Shown: positions 1-13,876, counted from the first letter of the stretch. The stretch: DNA of 64,000 nt from Adineta vaga (GCA_021613535.1 CP075495.1:13640001-13704000), one strand, 5' to 3'. Numbers and translations: made by a program. The notes: generated by a model not told the origin, from the letters alone.

Positions 1-534
1 TGTACATCTGCAATTTTGTTTTACACTCTGATTTGCACTTTGCTCGAAAAAACAGAGTGTACAGTGTACATCTTGTTAAACTTATTTACACCTTCATTCC
101 AGAGTTATAGAAAGAGTAGATAATAGTATATTCTGACCTCTTCGAGACAATTTTATCATTGGTCAAATCAAGAAATTTTATTTGGGCCGACAATCAAGAC
201 AATTGCTCAAGATGGTTATGCAGTAATTGCAGAATTAAATAAAATATTACTGTAGATTCATTATGGTTTTGTTCAGATCATGATGATATGCATCGAGATG
301 AAAACCAGGATTTAGATGATTGATATGTTGGCGATTTGGTATTTGAAAATATTTCTACAATAACTTATATCTATATTGCAAACTTTTTTGTCACATTTTT
401 TTTGATTTTTCACGTTGGAAAAAAAATCAGGATATGTACACTTTGCTCGAAAAAGTAAAGTGTACACATACACTTTGCCTACCTAAGCAAAGTGTACCGG
501 TACATTTTATTCGGGATTTCTATTGGAAACCCTG
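1..534. mobile_element. Right end of a DNA transposon/MITE remnant with subterminal repeats (left end outside window)
   Basis: Ends in GGAAACCCTG (reverse complement CAGGGTTTCC, hAT-like terminus). CACTTTGCTCGAAAAA occurs twice (~37 and ~440), with multiple inverted AAAGTGTAC/GTACACTTT motifs. Confidence 0.45.
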
Positions 535-893
535 AGTAGAAGTATCCATATCTCATTTCAAAACATTTGTATTTACTTCTTTGTACAATAGTTCGAAGAT
601 ATAGTTTATTTTTATCACAATTTATATCAACGAGCAAAAATTTCTATAAAAAATGCCATTCAAAATCAATGATTGACTGCAATCCGCAATATGTTTCCGT
701 CTCACACGTATAGGTAATTTATGCACACTATATTTACCACTACGTTGATTTTTTAAAATTTATCCATCACAGAAAAAATACATCAAGCGTATGATTTCAA
801 TTTAATACTTTTGGTCAATTTCAAACCGAGAAATTCGATTATGAATCCACGTTAAGAATATAAACAACCAATGGACTTTGTTGAATCGATTAG

Positions 894-1155
894 CCCTTTC
901 AATTCCGAGAATTTCTTGTGTTCTGTATAAGCACGAAAAAAAGAAAAAAAATCTCTCTCTTGCGTTCAGTCAGCTGTATTCCAGTTTAGTGTGATCTTTA
1001 AGACACATAAGAAATAAGAAGAAATTGCTGTTTTAAAACGTTATATATAGATTGAACATCACATGATATTCGTCTTATAAGATGACGAAAAAAATAAAAT
1101 AAGATCTTTTGGGTTCTGTATGTCATCTACGAGATGATATGAAAGACTGAAAGGG
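894..1155. mobile_element. piggyBac-like non-autonomous element (MITE), degenerate
   Basis: Left end TTAG|CCCTTTCAATT and right end GACTGAAAGGG|TTAA. This is an imperfect CCCTTTCA TIR pair with a TTAA/TTAG target site. Confidence 0.6.
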
Positions 1156-2507
1156 TTAAACTAATAAAATCGAATAAATAAACTCATACATTATTCGAAC
1201 ACTTTATCAACATACAACAATTAACTTTTACTAGTGATAAACTTTCCAAGTTGCAAGCAATTTATGTGTCAATGTCAAACACAACAAACTAATTCTCAGA
1301 TGTGCAACGGCTGGAAAGTAACAACAATCTAATTTTCATATACACTTTAGCACTTTCCATCGTACAAATTTTGCTTGACACATTACAACTTATAAAATAT
1401 TACGATACACGTGTGTATATCTTGATCTTCATAAGAAAACTCTCGAACCATTTACCTCTGAAACTTATATACTCCTAGAGAGTTCATGGAGAATTTGATT
1501 CTGTGACAAATTCAAACTCAGTCGCAAATTTTGAAAGAACAAAATCATCAAACTAATTAAGTGATGAAACACGTGAATGGCGTAACATTTCTCTTATGCA
1601 AGGATATCTATACGCAAAATATTATCATAAACTATATAGAAATCACTATCGGTATACCAGTATTTGTGGTCGTTCCAACGGAGTAGTTCATATGGTGTTC
1701 CGATACAGATCGCATAGGTGGTATGTATGATATATTGAGTATATGTAGTATAAGTGGTATAGATTATATAGGTAGTATATGCCTTATACAGATGAACAAC
1801 ATTTGGTATGGATTATAAACCAGAATGAAACCGATCGGATAAAGGAAACACTCGGTGATTTCAACAAGCAGATTTTATACAAATCTTTGTCATTGATTAC
1901 ATCGGAATTGTTTTTGACTGATTCTTGAAATTGAATAAATTGAGAACATGATTATAATTATCTGAAGTCAAGAAAAGAATAAGAATTATTTCTTTTTTTC
2001 CTCACATTGAATAGTCCAGACGGTTATGATATATTTCATCATGCTTAATCGGTCAACTTTTGTTTATTTCTTTCTTCTATTCGTTTAAGTTAAACAATGA
2101 GCATTATATAAAATATCAGTTCATTCATAATAATCATAATATTCGTTGAGCAAAATTATTCCTAATTATATCAACGATAATATTCTTTGAAAATTTGTTT
2201 TATTTCGTAAGTATAAATTTTGTTACTTCTGAATAAAGAATTTGTATTTCAATATTCAGATTTGAGAAAACAATATTTATGAATTAAAAATAGGAATATA
2301 TGTCATGTTTAAATTACCAATAATATGAAACCAAAAAAAGAAGAAATAATTTCATAGATATAATTGATTTTGATGATAGAAAACATTTGATTAGTTTAGT
2401 TTATATATCACCTTATGTTACTAGATCATAGAAGAATTTCTTTATAGTTGTAACATTTGTGTATTGATGAAAAAAGTACCTTTATTTATTTTTATGACTA
2501 AGATGAA

Positions 2508-5500
2508 ATGATCTCAAGATTTGAATATTTACCAACTGAAATTATTTTTCTTATATTTTCTAATATATCGTGGTCAGATATATTAACCTGTTTTTGGTCA
2601 TTAAATAAACGATTCGATCGATTAATATGTTCATTTTTATCAAGAATAAATGATAAAGAAAATACTGGTCTTGAGTTTATTGAACCAGGTTTATCATATG
2701 AAAAATGTCAAAAAATATTATTTCCATTAATATCTCAATCATCATTACTTTTATCTTCAATTCGTCGAATTCATTTGGATGGAACAAATTCCAGTTCATT
2801 TGATTTAATCAATGAAAGGTTATATGATAATGAAAGAAAATCTTGTCGTTTTTCAAATCTTAAATCACTTATTCTAACTCGATGTTTATTAATTGAATCT
2901 TTAACTGATACATTATCATTTCTTATTAAATATCAACTTGATGAATTAACATTGATTTTTGATAAGCAAATGATCTATTCTCTTCGATGTACAGGTGATA
3001 TGTCAACAATGGAATTTGAAAAAGGTAAACTAAATACTTTTTTTAAAGAAAAGTCATATTGATATTTGATAGTATTCTTTTTTTCTAATAGAAAAATTAA
3101 TAAAAATATTTCAAGAATTAATTGAAATCATTTTCTCGAATCAATGTCAATTAACATCACTAAAACTTGATTTTGTTTATGAAAATTATTCTCTTAAATT
3201 TCATCAATGTTTAAAATCACATTCTTCAAATCTAATTTCAATTTCAAATCAAATATTTTGTCCAAAACTTCGTTATTTACATCTTCATATTCAATATACA
3301 TTTATTCTTGAAAATCTTATTGATTATGTTCCTTTTCTTGAAGAATTAAGTCTAATTTTTCATCGATCATTAGAAATTCATCCACGATCACCATTAGATA
3401 TAAAGACTTTGATAGAAACAAATGGAAATTGGTTCAAGAAAGTAAGAATTAATACGAAAGATTTCTTCTAAAGAATTCTCAAACTATGTTGCTTTTCTGT
3501 CAGAAGAAATGTTGATTTTTTAAGTAGAAATAATTTAAATGATGAGATAATATTTTGAAAATTTCATTCGATTTTACTTTTATACATTGAATGATGTACA
3601 TGAAGAATAGAAATGTGTATCCATCAGAGATGTCCACCGCTAGTGAAAATCTGCCGCGCCGCGACCGCGGCGGCGGCAGCACCGCTGTGGACATCCCTGG
3701 TATCCATTCGATATTCTTGACTCTGTTATGTGTAACAACATGAACAAATACAGTTGTCACTTATTTATTTCAAATGAATTGTTATTCGAAGTTTCTTGAC
3801 ATATGCATAGCGAAAAGACTTTCTTGTGAACAAATATTTATTGGTATATATTTTATTTTAGGTATCAAAATTGAAATATTTTTCTTTAAAAAGTGTTCTG
3901 AGAGATAATGTAGAATTTGCTTATTTAAAATGGTTACTTAATAATTTGAATCATATTGAAAAACTTTCTATTCATCTTCAAAGTCTTAATGATTTCAAAA
4001 CAAATGAAATTATTTGGAATTCTATAATTGATGCAAATTTCATTTATAAATATTGTTTACCTGATGAAATCATTCATTTAAAACAATTTCATTTTTATAT
4101 TATTTCGAACTATGAATCAATAAAGAAAACAACTGAAGAGATAATACATTCTTTTCGAATTCATCCAGTTTTTCTTATTAATCATCAATGGACAAATGTG
4201 AAATGTTTATTTGATCCTATTTTATCTTATCAACATCTTTGTTCTTCACCTTATTCAATCTACGAAAGAAAGTTTACTCACAATTCTATGTAAGAATATA
4301 TTTCTAATCTAATCATAAGAATTCCTTTCATTCTATTTTGTAGTCATGTTCCAAAATTATTTAATTACACAAATATTCGTTATGTATGGTTTGATTTCGA
4401 TTCAAGTGATCATTTATGTCTTGAACAATTTAATGAATTATTTCCAAATAGTTTTTGTATTAAAGTTAATATGGAGCAAATGTTCTATTCACGAAGATAT
4501 TCTGATTTGTTACATTCAAGACTTGCGGTATACTATAATATTCAATCATATTTGTTGATAAAATCAACCAACATTGAACCATACAGATTAACTCATAATC
4601 AATTACATAATGTTACTAGACTTGATTTTTATCCATATACTGGTCGTCCATCAGGTAAATATTCTTTACATCAATGAATAGTCAGGAGAAAATCAATATG
4701 CCAAAGTTGTAGCTGATGATTTTTTTTTAAAACTGAGATATGAATTGTTTTTGGAAAAAAGACTTTTGTTAAACATGCTTTCTCCGTTTTCCAAAAACTT
4801 TCGACTTCGATATTCAGTATGAAATAAACATCATTTTCTGATGAACTTGAAGATATATACTCTGTAGAAAAGCATTTTTATACTATAATAATACTAAAAT
4901 AGCTGCTAATTCCATTTGAATTTGATGATTCGGCGATAATCTAACAATTTATTTCATTCCAAATTGATTTAAATCACTTATTTTCTTATAGTGGAAATTG
5001 TTTTCATAATCATAAGAAGATTTCCATTCGATGATTGTGTTTGTTTTTTTGGACATACGATTTAATAGAAATATATCTGTTAATGTTATATTCGTAAAAA
5101 GTTTGTAGGAAGTGACATTTTCCGAACAGAATTTAAAGCGATTTTCTCGCCAAAAATTCTGTAAGCCAGTACAGGATAATCGAGTTTTATAAAATGCAGT
5201 TGTCATATTTAGTTTTTTACTCGGTCTTTTTCATTCGCGGATGCAAAACTCTTCTTGGAGGGTAAAAACAACCTCCGGAGGAACGAAATAACCCTTGCCC
5301 TGCCGCTGCATAAAATCCAAGTTACATTTGTAAATTTGAGTAAGGAAATATGTGATAAACTAAAAATTCAATTTGATTTCACTTCATTCTGTGATATATC
5401 CTATTCGACTTTATACTTAGGGATATAATAATACCAATACGGTATTGAGGTGTTGGTATTGGTAAGTATCGATCTTGGTGCAAGAGAAGAAAATATCAGG

Positions 5501-7122
5501 ATCTTGTAGCGTCATATCAAATATTAATCTTTTGCAAAATTAACAAGAAGTTCAGAATTCTCCATACAAAAGAATGTATGACGAAAGAATCTAGGTATCG
5601 AGAAATCTGAATCCTTTGTTAGTTTCACAAAAGACTACCATTTTCCTTGATTCCATCCATACCAATAGTATTGGTATTGTTACATCCCTGTTTATACTAT
5701 CTAGGAAACGTTTCACTGACGAATTTCGAACGTTTTTAATGAAAAATGTTTTGATTATTATTCATATTAAGAGAAAAATTGTATGTTGTATTACTATACT
5801 TTCATTAGAATAAGTGATAAAACAAATCATTATTAGACAATTGTTGTGAAAAGAGATAAATAGTTGATTGAAAGTCGGATTAGTAAGATGAAATAGACTT
5901 AAGAAAATATCAATACTCTTTTTTTTTAAGATAAAGTATTGTTTTACTTGAATTTGTATTTGAATTGATGAACAAATTTATTAAACTTTTTTCAAAGGAA
6001 ATTATGGTGATGATAATCAATTGATCGAAATGAAATAAATGCAGAACTACTAGCTCGTCTTATATCAATGCCTATTCAATTGAAATCTCTTCGAATACAA
6101 AAATTTGAATGGCTCATACATATGATACAATATGTAAGTACATTCGTGAATAAAAACTCATAAAATATTGAATTTTATCTAAATAATTTTGATTTTATTT
6201 TTAGGCATCTAATGAATTAAAACAAAATGCATTAAACAATGTTGAATATGTCGAATTTTCTATTCCAAGTTGTAATATGGGTTCAAATGAAAGACTTCAT
6301 ATTGGTAAAAATCTTGTACCTTTTCTTTCAATTTATATGCCTCATTTACGAACATTACGTCTTTGGCGACCAGATGATTTTCCATGGACATCGAGTATGT
6401 ATATATATATATATACATTCATCTTATAGAAATATTTGAAAGAAAAAAAGATTTAATTCTTTGAAATATAATTGATTAAAATATGCTTTATTATCTTTAT
6501 GTAAACAATTATCGTTTGCAAAATGATAAAAAGTCAATAGTTAATGATATTTATTTCATTTTGATTGTGTTTTTGTTTTTTAAATTTAATGTTCTTTTCC
6601 AACTACCTATATTATCTAACATATAATCGAATAATTAATTGATTTGTACATAATGAAACTTAATTGAATATTTTTTTAAGAGAATTTCTTACGTATTCTT
6701 ATTATCATTTTGAAATTGATTTTTTTCAACTTTTTTTCGATCACTATTTTATTCTTCATATATAATTTTTTTCAAAGTTCGACCGATGTATACACCGAAC
6801 AGAGTATGTTTTTCACAAACCATGATGCTACGATGGTTTCAATCTCTTCGAAAATCTGTTGATTCAATCAGTAAGTAAATAAAATAGAGATTAAATAGCA
6901 ACATAAAATATGTCGGTTTTTTTTTCTTCGATAGATCAACATGTATTTGTTTTTCAACAAGATCTTAATGAATTAATTGAACAATTAGATAAATTTGTTT
7001 TTCTTGAAATTCTTGGTGAAATTTATAAAGAAAAACTGGAACCTTATCGTTCGATGGTACAAAGAAATTTTCCAAATAGTCGAAGTCATGTTGATATCTC
7101 AAGATTTCGTCTTTGGATTTAA
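2508..7122 (+). CDS. Multi-exon F-box domain protein (bdelloid-type F-box/LRR-like family); possible 1-nt frameshift near 6020
   Basis: N-terminal F-box (FEYLPTEIIFLIFSNI...FWSLNKRFDRLI) and LxxLxL repeats. Exons ~2508-3024, 3091-3441, 3862-4289, 4344-4654, ~5998-6133, 6205-6395, ~6778-6870 and 6935-7122 have GT-AG boundaries. Confidence 0.7.
3625..3699. mobile_element. 75-bp hAT-superfamily mini-MITE in an F-box gene intron
   Basis: TIRs CAGAGATGTCCAC / GTGGACATCCCTG. Perfect 8-bp TSD GTATCCAT at 3617-3624 and 3700-3707. GC-rich self-complementary interior. Confidence 0.9.
5418..5690. mobile_element. 273-bp hAT-superfamily MITE in an F-box gene intron
   Basis: ~23-bp imperfect TIRs TAGGGATATAATAATACCAATAC / GTATTGGTATTGTTACATCCCTG. 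Perfect 8-bp TSD TTTATACT at 5410-5417 and 5691-5698. Confidence 0.9.
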
Positions 7123-7840
7123 TTTGATTTTTGTTAAATTTTTATCAAATAATATTGAATTTTCATGGGTGTAAAAATATTCTTTTGATTTTTCTTCAAA
7201 AGACAATAAATTTCATTTCAAATTAAAACAATATCTAACTCATTGCGAAGAATAATATATTTTCTTAACTGACTCTATTTGAAATATTTTATGTTATATA
7301 TCGAATAAAATTTTCATCTATATACATTAGAATCGTAACTATATGAAGTTATTTTTGTTTTTCTTCTAATATAAAATTAACAAATATTTTAAATTATAAT
7401 TCTTAAAAGAAAAATAAGAAGAAAATATTAAAAAAAACTATAGATTTACAAATAATTAGAATTATGATATTGACAAATAAAAGAAGAAATTTCTTTTTTA
7501 TATAATTTTTCTAATTATAAAAACAAAATTCATTTATACAATTATCAATATCATTTCATATTTCAAATTCTAATTAATATATTCAAATAATGATTATATT
7601 AAAAAAAAAGATTATTTATAGTTATAAAAATATTAATAAAAATTTAATAAAATAAAATAACAAATATCAATCAAACCCTCGTATTACAATTATGTTTACA
7701 ATATAATATTTCTATAATATAGTCAATTGAACTTGAAGATTTTCAATATTCATTCTATTCTTTCTTCTAAAATTTAACAATAAAACATCATTATATTGTT
7801 AATTTTATCAAAATAAAAATAAAAAATTTATCAATGATTA

Positions 7841-9370
7841 TATTCCCTCGACTGAAGGGAGGGTGATACGAAAAAAGCTAAAATGGTTTGTTTGTGGCAG
7901 GTCAAAAAACATCGTTTTGGATTGATTCAAAGGTCAAAGGAACATGTTCTTGAAGGGGATGAAAGGTCAAAAAAATATTTTTTTCAAAAGGGTCCAAAAA
8001 GCCAAAAGAACTCTATGTGCTAAGAGTTCTAACGTAAAACAAACAAGTTTGTAAATTTCTAGGATTGTTCAGTAACACAGTGGATTTCGATAATGGGACT
8101 CTGACCGATGAGAGATTTTCATGGTCTAATTTTGCTCAAATTTGTTTCTTTCACCTTGAATCGACTATTTTTCTTCGTTCCAAAAAAACATCGTGAGGGT
8201 TTTTCAATGCTCGTCTATGAATCAATACAAAGTTTTATTAGGTTGGATATTCAGTCGGTCAAAAGGTCTATAATGCTTTGGCTAAACGATACTGTTTAGT
8301 CAGAGTGTGTAGTGCGATCGATGAATAAAATTAGAAAACCATGAAGGTGAACGAGAAAGACGGTAGGCAAAAAAGTACCGTGTAATGAAGAATTAGGTGT
8401 GCATAGACTAGCTGCTGAGCTGTATCATTGGAAAGTTAGCATCGTTAAGACTACATAAAAACATTCTCGTATAATTAAAGTTAGTTCAATCTGTTCATCA
8501 TAATAGATTGTTCCTTAGACTGTGATGAGGGTCATACGAAAAACAAATTGTGTATGTGTTTGAGAGTGCCCATGTTGGTCAAAAGAATATCGTTTAGGAC
8601 TAGACATAGGTAAAAAAAACCATAAATTTCTGGTAGTGCGAAGAGGTTTTCAAAGGCTACATTATGGAGGTACTCGTAGATTCTGAAAGGAGCAATTTAA
8701 TAAGCTTATAAAGTTATAAGATCTGTAAAGAATATAAGACTACACGGCTGAAGACTACAGAAACTATTAAGATGTTTGAGACGTTAATGTGTGAAGCCAT
8801 AGTTTATTTATAGACATATATATTATTGGTTAGTATATGTATGTCGTTATTGGATTCCAGTTCAACCTTTGAGACCGTACCTTTTACGAGAAAGAAAAGT
8901 CACGCAGTATGCACAGATTTTCGGTAATGTCATCAAAATGTTATGGTAGATACATGAAATCTATTGACCTGCTTGTTTCATTCACTATGGAACAGATTAG
9001 CAGTGAATATATGAATATATGTTGTATTCGTGAGTTTCTTCGACGGTCCAAACACATCATCATGTAAAGAAAAGAGAGCAATTCTGGAATTCGTTCGAAT
9101 ATTTTAAACAACAGCGAGCAGTCGGGAGTGGCGGACCGAAGAGACGCCGACGAGCGATTGGGTACTGTGAATAATGATTTGTGATATAAAACTTCAAGAA
9201 GATGCTGAACTTTTTACAATTTGTATGAAGTACTCCTCATTGTCAATGTGATACATCTGTTCGTGAGATTGTGCACAACGGAAGCTTTAAAAGCGCACTC
9301 AAAGAAGACATAATGTAGGCTGATTAGAGAGAGTTTAGTCGAGCGTCAAGCGAGTCAGCTTCGACGAGCG
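7841..9370. mobile_element. Probable degenerate non-autonomous rolling-circle (Helentron/HINE-like) or other TE remnant
   Basis: GC rises relative to the very AT-rich flanks. 5' hairpin TCCCT-CGACTGA-AGGGA; CTCGACT near the 5' end is inverted as AGTCGAG at 9337, followed by a GC-rich terminal segment and a T-run. No coding capacity. Confidence 0.35.
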
Positions 9371-9803
9371 TTATTTATTTTTTTTGTTAATTATATAAAA
9401 TATTTGATTATTATTAATAATAAATGAATATTTCATTGTAAAAAACGATAATCATTTTCTTTTTCTATAGTATCCAAATCTTATTTATTGTGATCTAAAT
9501 CACTTCTATATTGCTGGCAAATATATTTTCATTCATCCATTTAGAAAGAAAGAAATTTTACTTTTTCTTTACTATGGAAAGATCATAGAGAAAAGAATAA
9601 AGAACGAAAAGAAGTATATGTTTACGTTAATCTACTATTATCTACTACTACTTTCCTTTCTCTCTCTCTCCTTAGAAAGACGTGTCACTGAGAAACGAAT
9701 AGATACAGACACAAAGAGGGATTTCGTTTTTCCCCATTTTTATTCAAATCATAATACAATTAGCTTAGCAGAATTTTACTATTCTTTTTAGATTGATTTC
9801 AAA

Positions 9804-12800
9804 ATGTTACCTGTTGTTTCTGTTCATTTAATTGCTGGTCTTACAGACATTTGTTATACAGAAGATGGAAGATTTATATAAAATTCTTTTTTTTTTCTTT
9901 TCTAAAATAAATTTTCTCTCTTTTTGTTTTAGTCATTTTTTAACTTGTGGACAAGATGGAAATATTTATATATTCGATACAAAAACTAATGAAATTAAAC
10001 ATATTCAATGTGCTGATCAATGTTATTGTTTAATTGTTCATGTAATGTATTAGAAATGCAAAAGATTATATTGAATAATTTCGTTTTTCTCTTCAAAGAA
10101 AGATCAAATTTTTGTTGGAACAAATCGAAATGAACTTGAAGTTCGTTCATATCCACATGGTGATTTACTATCAAGTCTTGTTCATTTTAATCAACCTGTA
10201 TCAACACTTTATTTATCAAATTCATCATTATTTATTGGTACAAGAGATTTTCAAGTTATCAAGATGGATTTAAATGATAATTCAGTAAATCAAATGAAAT
10301 ATTTTCATGGACATCAAGGATCAATTCTTACATTAAATGCTTATGAAGATAAACGATGGCTAGTAAGCGAATCTTTTCATTGAAGAGAGAAAAAACAAAC
10401 AAACAGACTTTTTTTCTTTTCCAAAAGGCAACATCATGTTGTGATGGTTTAATTCGAATATTTAATATTGATAAACAAACCTTAATTAAACAATTAAATC
10501 TTATTGAAAAATCTAATGATATTGAGTAAGATTTCAATGAGAAACTTTTACGTTTTTATGGAATTTTATTTCATTTAGAACGGCTGTTTCATTAGTAAAA
10601 GTTGATTGGGATAAAATTGATAATGTAAGATGAATATTTATTTGAAATTTATGTATAAAAAAAAGATTTTTCTTAGATGCTAGCCATTCCAGTGAAGAAT
10701 ACCATTGAATTTTATGAATGTGAGGAATGGACAAAAGAGAAAATCTATGAAAATAATTCAATTAAACAAGTTTGTTTCATTTAAAAAGAAAATGAATTGT
10801 TTTTTTTTCTCTTTTTCTTTTTAAGTCTGTGAATTTAATTTGTTATTCTCCTTGTGAAACTTTATTTATTGTTTCTTATGTTAATGGTCAATTATCAATT
10901 GTTAATCGTTCGACTTTGGACATTTGCATGAAGTAAATAAACATATCTTCTCCAAAAAGAAATTCATTTTGTTGTTTTGCTTCAAAGTTATTCATCAAAA
11001 GATGCCGTTTGTTCGTTGGTATGGAACCCAATTGAATCACATCGATTTACATGCACAACAATGGGTGTAAGTTTTCCAATTATTTCTTTGTTTTATTTAT
11101 CATCATGATTTATTTAGGGTGAATATGCTCATGTTGATGTATCAGAATATCTATCAAAACGAACATTAACTCCATCAGATAAAGTTGATATTGATGAAGA
11201 GGAAGTTGATCAAATGACAAATGATAATAAAGGTAATCTAACTGAATTCTTTTCTTTTGATTTAAAAGGAATTTCTTTTAGATGCTCAATCAATTTCTAC
11301 TGATGTAGAAATATATTGTGAATATAAAGATGCGATTCCTAAATCATGTGAATATAAATCATCGATGACCACTGTCAAAACAACATCAATGGAATTACAA
11401 GAACCATTTCAACCGACATCAACATCAAAATATCTTAAAGATCGATTTCTTCTTTGGAATGACATTGGTACAATTACTTGTCATAATGAAGAAATAAAAA
11501 TTTCATTTCATGATATATCATATCATCCTCTAATAACAATTGATAATAAAAAAGCTCGATATACAGTTGGTGATTTATCTTCATCAGCTATTATTCTTGC
11601 TTCATCATCAAAAGGAAAATTAACTTGTATTTTATACCATCAATTATCAGATTCAAAATCGAAACAATGGACATTAGAGAACAAAAATACTGGTAAAATT
11701 GAATTAGTACGTTTAGGTGAAGATTTTCTTGTTATTGCTATATCACAAAGTATCATTCAATTTATGGATTTATCTGGTATTCAACAACGATTCATTCGTC
11801 TTGAAGGTCCAGTTGTTTCAATCTCTGTTTATCATAATCAACTATGGATTGTTCATTATTCAATAACAAAAGGTTTTTCATATCTTCAAAATTAATTAAT
11901 GATCAAAAAGAAAAATATTTTGTTTTTAGATCTTCAACATTATGAACAACAAGCAATATCTTATATTTTACTAAATGTTGAAAATGATAACAAATTAATT
12001 GGTTCATTAATATGTAACACAAAATTAATTTGGATGGGGTTTGTTAGATTTTGAATTCAAGTATTTTTTTCAAAACCATCTGTATTTTTTATTTAGATTT
12101 TCAGATAGTGGAAGACGTTATTACTTGGAAGAATCTGGACATCTCAGAATGCTTCAAATGACGAAAGAAAATCAACTTGAATCATTATTAGTATCAAATC
12201 TTAAACGAGAAGTTTGTTCTTTTTTTTACAAAGGTTTAAAAGTAAATTATAACTTGATTATAATTTAGGCTGAAAAAATAATTTGATAAATTATTGGTTA
12301 TTAGCAATTCGTGATTTTGGTGATAAATTTGAATTACATGTGATTGAACTTCGTCGTGATTTATTTCCTGATTTTTTCGCATGTCCAGTTGTGTTAGTCA
12401 TATTCCCTTATGTAGATTTATATAAAGTTGATGAAGAAAAATGGTTCATTAAGGTGGGATCGGATACTTTTTCTGTTGTATTCATATTTTATTTATTGTT
12501 CTTATTTGATTTAGTATGATGGTCATAAAAAAAAGTTATCGTGTTGTTCACCAGTGAGTTCGTTGGATGATAAAGAATATGGGAACTATGAGCGCCAATG
12601 TTTTGTGAAGACATTTCCAGTAAGTCTCCTCATATTGAAAGTCATGAGTTATGGATTTGCGAATCAAATGATTCAATAAAATCATGAAAGGGAAGATCCT
12701 ATCAATCATAAGTTTAAGTTTGATATAGTTACTTCAATTTTATTTAATATCGATTTAATATTTTGTACTTTTTTTAGGAAATGATTGCTGGTCATGTACA

Positions 12801-13876
12801 TGTTCCTATTGAAGGTTATGGCTTATCAGTTTATACAATTAGTACAGATCCGTTGCTTACATGCTTGTTCTATTTGATACATGGCTCCTACAAAGATGTG
12901 GAATTTTCATATTTGCACCATAGTGCATTTTCAGTCGATCAACATCAAAGCTCATTGAAAAACTTAGCTGATTTATTAAATAGTTTCATTGAGTATTTCA
13001 AGGAAGTTTTTACAAAAGCAGGTGAATTCGATGTGCAAATAAATGAATTTCAAGAATTAAGATTATTTGTTGGAGGTGGGACTGACAAAAGTAGATTAGC
13101 AGAACGCAATGCTTTTTTTCTATTGATGGAACCATATCATTCATTACATAATGAAATTCAATCATTCAATAACGTCGAATTATTGTGTTTGTTTGAAAAG
13201 CTTTTTTATCATACAATAATAATCAAGCCAGTTGCATTTTCTTGGTCAAATGCTGAGGAAGAAAAAGCCGCTCGTGGTACGTATGATGATTAAGACTGAT
13301 GAAGATGAGGATATAATCGTGAAACTTAAAATAATTTTCCATTTTCTCATGAGTATTAAAGTAAAAATTCTGTTTGAAAAGATTCATTTTTAAATTATAT
13401 TTGCTTCATGAAGTTTGTTGATATTCTTGATTTGAAAATAAAAATCCGAAGAAAGTAATTAGTTTTTTTTAATTGTTTCTTAAATAGATCAAACTGAACT
13501 TCCTGAAGTACCATATGTTTGATTCGACTATGACACGTTGATCAAACAAGGAAAATTGGAATTAAAGTTGGACATAAATGGAAATAGACTATTATTAGCC
13601 TACATGAAATTTAATATGAATTATTCAAATGAAGAAGATTTTATTTGGAACATCAATCAAAAAGAAATTGATAAAACAAGAAAAATTTTAGATGCTTCCA
13701 ATTCGGAGAAATTAAATAAATGCTTATCATTCATTTCGACAAATTCATTTTTTAGTGGTCAAGTAGATATCAACTCGAGGTAAATGAAAAAATTTCATGC
13801 TTGAAATGAAAAGATTGATTGTAAACTTTTTATATACTTTAGTTCATCTTCATCGTCAAGTTATTCCAATGAATAA
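9804..13876 (+). pseudogene. WDHD1: Chimeric WDHD1/AND-1/Ctf4-like gene (WD40 + SepB region) fused to a CheD/NTAN1/CNF1-like deamidase domain; carries disabling lesions
   Basis: Ctf4-type motifs: GLTDICYTEDG..FLTCGQDG, KSNDI, ICYSPC, QEPFQPTST...RFLLWNDIG...ISFHD, LIWMGFSDSG, NYW. Lesions: intron 1 begins AT rather than GT (9872), a 1-nt frameshift in an A6 run (~12275) and an in-frame TGA (13520-13522). Confidence 0.7.

Noticed and set aside
1382-1392. ATTACAACTTA resembling part of the bdelloid spliced-leader sequence as recalled
   Set aside because: Only ~11 nt match, with no following CCAAGAG/GT donor or Sm site. Expected by chance in AT-rich DNA, so this is not an SL RNA gene.
7200-7840. 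Extremely AT-rich stretch
   Set aside because: No periodicity or structure recognised; ordinary intergenic DNA.
13520-13522. In-frame TGA as selenocysteine
   Set aside because: It is not at the predicted catalytic Cys, no SECIS was recognised, and the gene has other lesions. A nonsense mutation is simpler.
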